A stretch of DNA of 63,157 nucleotides, the filler included, from Octopus bimaculoides (lineage: Eukaryota), in the NCBI RefSeq assembly GCF_001194135.2. It is 7 parts of 7 records of this genome, joined end to end, with 100 filler letters (N's around TTAATTAATTAA, not from the genome) between each part and the next. Parts side by side here need not be neighbours in the genome. Positions count along the whole stretch, not along the records: positions 1 to 29,457 come from NC_068992.1; 6 more parts are not named here. One strand, 5' to 3'. Below the pieces are notes generated by a model. That model had not been told where the DNA came from. It saw nothing but the letters and a program-made list of their open reading frames with translations, and ran no database searches. Both the position numbers and the translations under genes were made by a program. Shown piece after piece: positions 1-10,096 of this stretch (positions within the stretch are counted from its first letter, which is position 1; every line of letters starts with the position of its first letter).

Positions 1-500
1 ATTGTCTCTTTGCAACTGCTCAGCTACTGGGAAAGGCTGAAACAGCTAAGACTCTACTCCCTGTAGAGAAGGCGGGAGAGGTATGCAGTAATATACATCT
101 GGAAGATCTTGGAAGGAATTGTGCCAAATTTTGGCATTGAAAGCTACACCAATGCCAGAACGGGACGACACTGCATAGTGCCAAAGATCCCAGCAATGCC
201 ATCGCGCTTCAGGACCAGTTACTGCAACAGCTTGGGATTCAGGGGCCCACAGCTTTTTAATATTCTCCCAAAGAGCCTGAGGAATCTGCACAAAGTAGAT
301 GTAGGAGTTTTTAAATCAAAGCTGGACCTCTTCCTATCGAGGGTCCCAGATGAACCTACCACGCAGCAGGAGGTGCAAATGAGGGTTTCTTAATCAAACT
401 CCATTCTTCACCAAGTGCCACATATTGTAAGAGGCTCCCTGTAATAATAGTGTAGCAACACGGTGGTGCATCAGCATGGCCGCAGCTCTAAGCTGAAACT
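1..500 (+). mobile_element. CR1-group LINE 3' end (ORF2 C-terminus plus tail)
   Basis: ORF 109..393 ...GPQLFNILPKSLRNLHKVDVGVFKSKLDLFLSRVPDEP, then the CAGCATGGCCGCAG...CTGAAACT tail. Confidence 0.75.
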
Positions 501-719
501 TTAAAAAAAATATATATATATATATACATAAATATATTTAAACGTATATAAACATACATATATGAACATATATATATAAACATATATAGATATACATATA
601 AACATACATACATATCTAAACATATATATATATATAAACATACACGCACACATATATATATATATATATATATACATATATATATACATATGCACACATA
701 TTCTCCCAAGGCAGTGGTT

Positions 720-915
720 GTAGACGTTTCCAAATCAAAACTGCTCTGCCGGTCAAAAATCCCAGATGAACCTACCTGCCACCAAGAGATGCGAATCACG
801 GCAGTGACAGCAAACTCTCTTATTCACCAAATACCATATATTGGAGGACGCTCTCAATAACTGAGTAGCAAAACGGCGGTGCCCCAGGATAGCTGCAACT
901 CTGAGCTGAAACTAC
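720..915 (+). mobile_element. short 5'-truncated copy of the same CR1-group LINE
   Basis: Homologous to 300-500 (CCCAGATGAACC..., GGCGGTGCCCCAG...CTGAAACT). Confidence 0.65.
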
Positions 916-1099
916 CAATAAACAACAAGAAAAAAAAAATGAACAATATACATGCATACACACACATATATATATACGAAAATGCTATTCATGGAATAGA
1001 TCATTGTCTCCAACCAGGCACATAAATATCCTTGACCTCTGTTTTACAAACTAGGCAGAAATTATCCAGAATGTAAATATATCACCAACAGTATAGGCT

Positions 1100-1445
1100 A
1101 TATGGTAAGTAGCTTGCTTACCAACCACATAGTTCTGGGTTCAGTTCCACTGCATGGCACCTTGGGTAAGAGTCTTCTACTACAGCCTCGGGCTGACCAG
1201 TCTTGAGTGGATTTGGTAGATGGAAACTGAAAGCCCATCATATATACATATATGTGTATGTCCTCCCAACTTCGCTTGACAACCAAGGCTGGTGTGTTTA
1301 TATCCCCGGAACTTGGCGGTTCAGCAAAATGAGACCGATAGAATAAGTACTAGGCTTACAAACAATAAGTCCTGAGGTCGATTTGCTCGACTAAAAGAAC
1401 GCCCCAGCATGGCCGCAGTCAAATGATTGAAACAAGTAAAAGAGT
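1100..1445 (+). mobile_element. tRNA-derived SINE family B (CORE-like GGCACCTTGGGCAAG segment, CR1-like tail)
   Basis: Homologous copies on the minus strand at ~3480-3800, 17090-17170, 30405-30790, 32470-32750, 41600-41760, 45060-45465, 46515-46700, 54890-55280 and 57985-58040, and on the plus strand at ~39660-39890 and 44860-45020. Confidence 0.8.
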
Positions 1446-1499
1446 ATTCTCAGACCATAACACGATAGAACTGACAATGTATGGTCCATAATTAACTAA

Positions 1500-3445
1500 A
1501 GACACTCCACACAGATGGCTCTCAAACCCTATCTAGCCTAAACTTTTGTAACGCTGACTGGAAGTCACATGAAAAGCAGATACTCCAGCAAGATTTCGTA
1601 TCAGGAAAACTTTACCTTAATGAGAGTGTAAAATCCCACACGACAGAAAAATAAACTCAAAATCTCCCAGAGAAGAGAAACCTGGGCAGCTAAGTTAAAA
1701 ATAAATCCTAAAGCCTTCTACACGGCAAAAGAGTCTGCCTCAGTACGCTGTAAGATAGGGCCACTATTTGGTAAAAACGGCTAACTGCAGACCTGGAGAA
1801 GATAGGTGGAGCACTAAAACAATTCCATAGTGTTTTCACTTCTCCACTGGAAAATAGACAAGCCAAAGGAGTTTTTCAAGGTAATGAATCTATTTGGAAA
1901 AGAGGGAACCATCAATTACATGTAAAAAGGCTCTTGCAAAGCCACTGCAGGTACTTTGAGTTTCCTTCCATGTGTAAACTTCCCAACCTGCTAAAAAGGG
2001 TATGACATGCACTGACCATAAAGGAAGGAGCAGGGCAGATCCTAAAACCAACAGGCCCATCTGTCTGACTTCACATAGAACACATTGTTAGAAAAAGGCT
2101 GATCATGTTCCTAGTAGAAACATGGCTCCTGTCCAGGGAGGAGCTGCCTCACACAGTTGCTGCAGCACTTTAGCTGGGCACTGAAGCAACAGCTAAACCA
2201 ATCAGCTGTAGACATGATATACCTTGACTTTTTCAATGCCTTTGACAAGGTTGATCAAGGCATGGTATGTCACAAGCTGCCCAACCTTCGTGCTACCAGG
2301 CAAGTGGCATGTTTTTCTGAAGGGAAGGGGTTGGACAGTTGTAACCAATGATGCTCACTCTGAAGAGACACCAATTCTCAGCAGACCCACAGGAAACTGT
2401 ACTGGGGCCACTACTATTTGTGGTGGCTCTCTCAGACGTGCCCTCTGCAGTACTGTCAGCCAATCTGACCAGTTATGTACAGACACACACACACACACAC
2501 GTGGAGGAACAATGGCCCAGTGGTTAGGGCAGCAGACTTGCAGTTGTAGGATCAGGGTTTCAAATCCTAAACTGGGTGTTGAGTGTTTATTGAACAAAAA
2601 CCCAAAACTCCATGAGGCTTCGGCAGGGGGTGGTGGTGAACCCTGCTGTACTCTTTCACCATAACTTTCTTGTCTTTTTACCTGTGTAAGAGCCAGCCTT
2701 GTCACACTGAATCTACCCAAGAACTATGTTAAGGGTACAAGTGTCTGTGGAGTGCTCAGCCACTTACACATTAATTTCACGAGCAGGCTGTCCTGTTGAT
2801 CGGATCAACTGGAACCCTTGTCATCGTAACCGATGGATTGCCACAACATACATACGCATGGATTCTTTAAAATTTTGGAACTAGGGATCAGATGAGAATG
2901 TTCCTCTCGAGGACACTTGTCTTAATCTGCTTTAAGTATTGCTCCTAGCTATGGTCACCAACCAGTGTAAAATTAATTGCAGTCCAATGAAGCTACACAG
3001 CCTCTATGGTACTGGGCAAGACTGAAGAGATTTAGATTATCTGGAAGATCCTAGATGGACTTATACTAAACTTTGGCATTGAGAGCTACACCAATACTAT
3101 AAAAAGGCTCCACTGCATAGTGCCAAGGACTAACTTTGCTATCAAGACATAAGACAAAATATTGCAAGTCTGGTTTTTAAAAGCCCACAGCACTTAATCT
3201 TCCCGAAGGACCCGAGAGCTCTACATGGGGTGAAGAAGTCTTCAAAACGAAACTAAACCTCTTACTGCCAAGCATCCCAGATGAACCAACTTCACCACAA
3301 GAAGTGCAGATGAGGACAGCAGCATCAAACTCCCTCCTGCACCAAATGTCAATTTCTAAAAAGAATTAGGGAAATAAAATCGTAGCAACACCAAATTGCA
3401 GTGCCCCAGCATGGCCACAGATCAGGAGCTGAAACTAGATGAAAT
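1500..3445 (+). mobile_element. degraded CR1-group LINE, interrupted by a SINE at ~2505-2845
   Basis: RT motif VDMIYLDFFNAFDKVDQGMVCHKL (ORF 2157..2351) and the same 3' tail at ~3400-3440. Confidence 0.75.
2505..2845 (+). mobile_element. tRNA-derived SINE family C
   Basis: TGGCCCAGTGGTTAGGGCAGC head; homologues on the minus strand at 58480-58860 and 59013-59315, and a related head at 31063-31330. Confidence 0.75.
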
Positions 3446-3814
3446 CAAACCCTAGATATACATACATCCATGCACATATTCTCTTACTAGTTTCAGTCTG
3501 ACTGCAGCTATGCTGGAGCACTTAGTTGAACAAATTGACCCTAGTACTTATTCTATCAGACTCTTGCCAAACAGCTGTTAAGGGGGCATAAACACACCAA
3601 CAGCAGTCGTCAAGCAATGGCAAGAGGGGGGGGGGAGACAGACACAATGGCCTTTTTCCATCTACCAAATCCACTCACACTTTTCGTCGGCCCAAGGGTA
3701 CAGAATACACTTGCCCAAGGTGCCACACAGTAGAACTGATCCCAGAACCATTTGGTTGAGTAGCCATCCTCTTACCACACAGCTACTCCTGCACCTATAT
3801 AATTTATGTTTAAT

Positions 3815-4690
3815 CTATACATGGACAGTGTGGTGAGAGAGGTTAATGGTAGGAGAAAATGGCGAGTGTGTTGTTTTTTTGCTAATGATACAGCACTTGT
3901 GGCAGTCTCAGAAGAGCAACTTAGAAGACTGGTAGATTTAGGATGAGTGCGTGAGAGGAAACTAAACATGAATGTAGCTAAGAGTAAAGTGATGCAATGC
4001 TAGAGAGATGGATGTGAGTGTTCTTAAGTATCTAGGATCATGCGACAGTGGATGGGAGGGCTGAGGAAGTGGGATATAGAGTGAGGGAGGGGATTAAGAT
4101 ACTTGTAGTTGTGGAAAGTGTGCTAAGAGATAAAAGGTTGAGTATGAAAGCGAAAAAGTGTATGAGGGCATGATTGTGCTGACAGTGTTATTTGGTGCAG
4201 ACGTGGGGGCTGAAAGCGGCGAGAAGGCGACTAGTGATTGAAATGAGGTTTTTGAGGGCTATGGTTGGTGTGACACAAAAGGACAGACTGAGGAGCTGCA
4301 AAGGTGAGCAGGAATGAGAGAAGATCTAACAACCAAAATGGATAGACAAACATTGAGGTAGTTTGGCCACATGGATGGGATGGATGAGGAGTGGATGATA
4401 AGAGTGATGAAGGCAGAAGTGGTAGGAAGTAGAACCAGAGGCAGATCTAGACTTGTGTGGATGGATGGAGTGAGGAGAGCTTTGGTGGTTGGAAGTGTTG
4501 GAGTGAGATTATGATAGAAAAGCTTGGAGAGTTTGTGGTTGGATAAGTGAATTTGATGTTGTTCAAAGTGGTATGTAACCAGCATATGCTATCAGGCCCT
4601 GCTGCTGCGGCTCACCTCTGAGCTGAGAAATGAATGGTGTTTGTCTTGTGGCTACCCCCTCCTAAAAAAGAAAATTGGGAATAAGCCTGG
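3815..4690 (+). mobile_element. degraded RTE-clade LINE 3' part
   Basis: Frameshifted RT C-terminus (FANDTALVA..., LNMNVAKSKVM, RQTLR*FGHMDGM). Confidence 0.65.
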
Positions 4691-4746
4691 GTAATGTGTA
4701 TAAATATATATGCATACATATATGTACATATACACACACACACACA

Positions 4747-4969
4747 CAGGGTTGGCCAAAAGTCACCCAACAGCAAATCAAAATTCCATAATTAATATTC
4801 AATTGTATTCATTCCAATTATGAATGTTTAATAATTGAATGCTGTGAGTTAAAATCAGTTATTTTTCTTTTTCAACATTTGTCTATAAATGAAGTTGCAT
4901 CAAATAATTCCTTTGATATTGGAATTAAACTGGTTTGAATTACTGTCAGGTGACTTTTGGCCAACCCTG
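4747..4969. mobile_element. Tc1/mariner-type MITE
   Basis: Perfect 21-bp TIR CAGGGTTGGCCAAAAGTCACC. Confidence 0.8.
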
Positions 4970-5121
4970 TCTATATAGAGTTGATTAAAGAAATTTCTGT
5001 TCTTAATATTTTACAATATTCTATATATATTCATTGAATAATTATCTCAATTCTTAATATATTAAACCAGTGTATCATGGATGAATATCCCTTTAAAAGG
5101 TTTAAATATCCTGATTGTAAC

Positions 5122-5155
<34 letters not shown>

Positions 5156-6182
5156 AACATATGCTAAACAGACATATCATATACACACAGTTTAACACCT
5201 TTCCAATTAAACACAAAATGTGATTAAAATATTACCACAATAAGCTTAAGATTTTTTAAAACTCATCTTTCATAAATAAAATGTGACATGTAGGATAAGG
5301 GAAATGTTTGAGCAAAGCTTTATATAATTTCTCAAGTTTTATTTAAAATTATTATGTTCAGTAAAATCTAATGTAGCATTGCTACCACCCAATCCAGAGA
5401 TTGAATTTTAGTGAAAAAAATGAAAACCCTACTTCAGGAGCATTAATACCAACACCTGGTTGAAGCAAATCTAAAGGAACGTTTCCACTAGCACATTGTA
5501 CTGTACCAATCCTTCAATTTATAACAGCTATTACAAGTTTCCAAGAAGCCAATTATTTGTCAACTGACTCCCAATAGTGAGTGACAAGTTTCACAACTTG
5601 GTCCAAATCAATACAAGGTATTTGGTTTGACTAATACAGGTTTGTTAGCAATTTTCAATATACACAAAACATATGCAAATCTGTCTTCCAAATTTCACTC
5701 AAAGTATTAGGTATTCTGTGGTTATAGAAGAACTTGTCAAAGTTGCATGACAGAACTGAACCTAAATTACAGTTACAAAGTTAATTCAACCACAGCCACA
5801 TTTGTATCAGCCTTATTTTAGTATTCTCGCAAAAACTGAAGTTATTTTGGTCACAAGAACATGGTGAATAATCAACATCAGCTTTGGAATTCCTATTACT
5901 TTCAAACCAGCCCCTGAATATTAAGTAACTTTTACAGATACAGGTATTTTGCATGTTCAGCTATCTCATTACACTCCTTTCATTATACTAACTTGAAAAT
6001 GCTATTAGAAATTTTGATAAGTGGGAACCACAAAATTTAGAAATTTGTCAACAGTAGAATAAAACTTGTATGATTCAATATCACTTAACATTTTAGTATT
6101 TCACAGAATATAGGCAATTTCCAATTCTTAACTAAATTTCACATTTAGTAAATATCAACTAAAAACAGACCATTATAATTCT

Positions 6183-7609
6183 TTTATTTACAAAATATCA
6201 AAGCCTCTCATATGAAGCTGCTGGTTCACCAGTTCAGCTTAAAAGAAATGTAGATTTTTCTTAAAAGACTGATCAAGTTCCCTTCTGAGAAAGCAGTTCA
6301 CAACTTCAAGTATTCTCATAACCTGACTGGGCCATAGAGGATAACAAGGCAATCATGACAAAACAAGTCCAACAAATATAGCAATCATGCAAACTGTAAA
6401 ACAGTCTTGAAGACATTTCCAGAATAATTTAGCTCTGCACAGTCAAACCAGTTCCATTGGTCAACTGTCAAAGATCAGATCCATTAGAATCCTAAGACAA
6501 CAGATCACAAAGGAGAAAAAAAAAAAAATAGAGCTAAGTTCAAAATAAATTGATTCAACAAACTAAATCTTATAGACTTAAAAAGCAAGGTATAAAACTG
6601 CACTCCTTAATTCTTGATAATTTTCCTCAAAAGCTTCATGTAAAAACAAAATTTGCTAAGGATTAATTTTCAGACAATGCTTTAAAACCTTAATATTTCA
6701 ACACTTAAATAGGTGTTTTAAAGATGATTGATGAAAGTTGAAATTGAAAAATATAATTTGAGAAAGATTAAGTTAAAATTTACATTTAGTGAGAAAAATA
6801 GATTTTAAAAAATTTGGTTTACTTTAGATGGGTAGGGGGAGTAAAAATAATGGTGGTGAGGTTTTCTTTCAAAAAGGAAAAACTCCACAAGTTCTTATCT
6901 GTCAATGAGCAAGAGTCCTATAGCTATAGACATCAAGCCTGCTATGAGCAACATTTGGTTTCTATGTCTCACATTTGAAACAACAAGCATTTGGCACAGA
7001 GCAGCAATGCTGATTTAAAAGCTTGTTGAAAGAAATGTTTATGCCTAATCAAAAAATTAAACATTAAAAAAAAAAACTATTTGCAGTTAAAATAAACACT
7101 AATTTGATAAATTATATCTAAATTTTACAAATGAGCAGACTAAAATCAATTCCTATTTACTTGAACATTAATTTGATTCAAGACAATGGTTAATTTAGAT
7201 ATCTAGAAACGACAAGAATTAGAGAAACCAGAAACTTGGTTGTATTTCAGAAACAAACACAAGCCATGTTGCTCAAGATGGATCTTTATTTCATAACGTA
7301 GCCTTACATCTCCCTGATAAAGTTGAACAGACTTTAAGGGCAGGGGCTATTAAAAGACAGGTGTTGGAGAATAAAGCAGGCAGCCCTCAGACAAAAATGT
7401 CTGCCAACCCAGTCAACTTGATGTTGAACAATGGGAGTTATCTGGATGGTCTTTCCTACAAGAAAAAAAAAAAAGCTGGTTGACATGACATTCATTCAAC
7501 TTTATAAAAGGGAAATGGAGCATTTTACTAAATTAAAGTGATCTTACTAACACTGGAATCTTTCTTCCATTTTACTGTAGCTACGCAAGCTGTACTAAAA
7601 AAGACATGT
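6183..7609 (-). other. probable Y-box 3' UTR with candidate poly(A) signals
   Basis: Repeat-free sequence downstream of the stop; minus-strand AATAAA at 7290-7285 and 6188-6183. Confidence 0.55.
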
Positions 7610-8182
7610 CTAGGCAGCAGCCTGAGAGGCAGCTGGAGTTACCTCTGCACTTGAAGAGGGAGGCCCAGACATGCTGTCTTCAGATTTGTTAGGAGGAACA
7701 CTGTCTTCTGCCTTCTGGTTACCACTTTCATTAATTCCTGGTTCACCTTCAGACAGCTCCCTCTGACCTGAACGTCCTCCCCGAGAACTCCATCTACCTC
7801 GCCTAAAGCTGCCACCACCTCTGGTACGTCTGGGTCGTCTCCGGAAAGCTTGGGGAACAGATTGGCCACTATCATCTTCATGTTCATTATCCCTTGGAGG
7901 GCCACCATGGGGATAGCGATGCATGGGAGGACGATAGTATCTACGGAAGAAGGGACGTCGCCGACGGAAAGGGGGAGGGCCATGCATCCTTGAATCTCCT
8001 TCACCAGCTGATCCATGCTCATCCTGAGGAACACTTCTAGACGGCATACCTCGTCTTGGCCCACGGAAGAAACGCTTTCTCCTCCAGTATGGCCTGCGCC
8101 TGGTTGGAGGCCTGTTCCTTTCTTCACTACCACCACCATCTCCACTTTCACCTTCGACTTCTTCTTTAGCTTCCTCACCCTC
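7610..8182 (-). CDS. YBX1: Y-box gene terminal coding exon (573 nt)
   Basis: cttctag acceptor, [11 protein letters not shown]... in frame with ORF 7610..8047 (45 codons upstream of its ATG), Arg/Gly-rich and acidic blocks, TAG stop. Confidence 0.92.
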   Translation of the reverse strand, partial: EGEEAKEEVEGESGDGGGSEERNRPPTRRRPYWRRKRFFRGPRRGMPSRSVPQDEHGSAGEGDSRMHGPPPFRRRRPFFRRYYRPPMHRYPHGGPPRDNEHEDDSGQSVPQAFRRRPRRTRGGGSFRRGRWSSRGGRSGQRELSEGEPGINESGNQKAEDSVPPNKSEDSMSGPPSSSAEVTPAASQAAA

Positions 8183-10058
8183 CTAGAAGAAAAAGAATTC
8201 AACTATAATTACATAAGAAACATTTTACTGCAAATTACTGCATTATCATTAAAAATTCACAAGAATTCAAAGCCTCTTAAACGCTACACCATTAATTTAA
8301 AACATTTGACAACGTAAAAAACAAAAACCCCACTTGCCTTCACTTCCCTGGCAGCACCTCGCCTCCTCCTGTTCCACCATCCCCGTCGAAATCTGCGTCG
8401 ATCAGCAGCATATTTGCTGCCTTGCACATGATTTCCACCAGGTCCAGTGACATTGGCAGCTTCATTTCCCTACAATAAAGCAACTTCATTTAGATCTTTG
8501 AACAACCATGGGAGTATGAAGTTACAAGTTACTGGTTAAAAAAAGTATTCAAATTATACAGCTTACTTTTTCTCCTTCGACGACATCAAACTCGACTTTC
8601 TCACCATCCCCAACGCTCCTCAGATATTTACGAGGATTGTTCTTTATTATTGCTGTCTGTAAAAGGACGAAAAGTTACCTTGTTAAATTCGAGTATGATA
8701 CTTTCTAGTTACAGGCTACTTGGAAATAATCGTAGCTTTAAAGTTAGTCAGATTCAAATCAGCTTCTAATCTATACTTTTCTATTGTGACTTAATACATG
8801 ACAATTACCTTTCAAAAGCAGCAGGAAATTAAAGTCTAAGACCTTTAGAAATCGTTCAACATAACCATATAACAGTGTATAGTAACAACTTTAAATGAAT
8901 ATTATTGTAATGCGTTATGCAAAGAAAAAAAAATCTAAAAATATTTTTGACCTGAAGATGCAACCACAATTAAGTGTTTAAATGAACTTTCAGAAGTTAC
9001 ATTACATGAGCAAATTATAATATTTTCAAACTGACAAAATGCCGACCTATAATTACTGTTGGAAGAAAGGTGAGTGTGTGAGAAAGGGGTCTTTCCAGAT
9101 GGGTTCCAATATAATTTACATTCGAGTACAGCATTTTAAAATATCTTGACCAACTATATTGTCATTTTCTTGCTATAAATTAATATGAAAAAGTCGGCTA
9201 AGAAAATTATAGGCAAGTGTGTAGATGTAAACAAGAGTAAAATGACATCTAAAACTGTCTAAAAATGAATGCCCTCAATTTCAAAAATACTTCCATTCTA
9301 TACATTTCATAATCTCATTAAAAACATTAGATAAACTTCAATTTCCAATGAGTACTAACATTCTACGCAACTGTACGACCTACTAGAAATAACTAAATCT
9401 CCATATCACACGGACTTAAAGAAAGTACATGGGATAAATGTACCGACTGAAAAAAAGAAAAAAAGAAAACGAGAATGATCGGGAATTACCCATAAATCTG
9501 TTACAGGTAGGAGGCTAAACAATTTCAAAATACAAATCCCAACGTTACGGATAAAACTTGTACACAAGTTATTAACTATATTTCAGTTGACATGTTTCGA
9601 GGTGTCAAACTGTTGAATGCATACCAACAAAGCATTTTAAACGGGATCTTTTTTTTTTTTAATCAAAAATTAAGCACTACCAATTTATTTTTTGTTTGCA
9701 ATAAATTTTCCATAGTTTGCTTAAACATTCATGAAAGTTCAAAATTTTACGAAATATTTCAAAAATAAAAGGTTTCAGAACACCGCGACCCCACAAATAG
9801 TTCAAACTCACCTGATGTACAAAAACATCCTCCTTCGTATCTTCCCTACAAACGGAAAAAAAAAAAAAAANNNNNNNNNNNNNNNNNNNNNNNNNNNNNN
9901 NNNNNNNNNNNNNNNNNNNNNNNNNNNNNNNNNNNNNNNNNNNNNNNNNNNNNNNNNNNNNNNNNNNNNNNNNNNNNNNNNNNNNNNNNNNNNNNNNNNN
10001 NNNNNNNNNNNNNNNNNNNNNNNNNNNNNNNNNNNNNNNNNNNNNNNNNNNNNNNNNN

Positions 10059-10096
<38 letters not shown>

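Noticed and set aside
8044-8052. Internal donor-like GAG|GTATGC in the last Y-box exon
   Set aside because: The frame is open through it and I found no convincing partner acceptor at a workable distance.
7639-8202. 187-aa alternative-frame ORF over the last Y-box exon, and the antisense ORF 8015..8317
   Set aside because: Shadow frames of a purine-rich coding exon; no recognisable domain, and the start lies in the intron.
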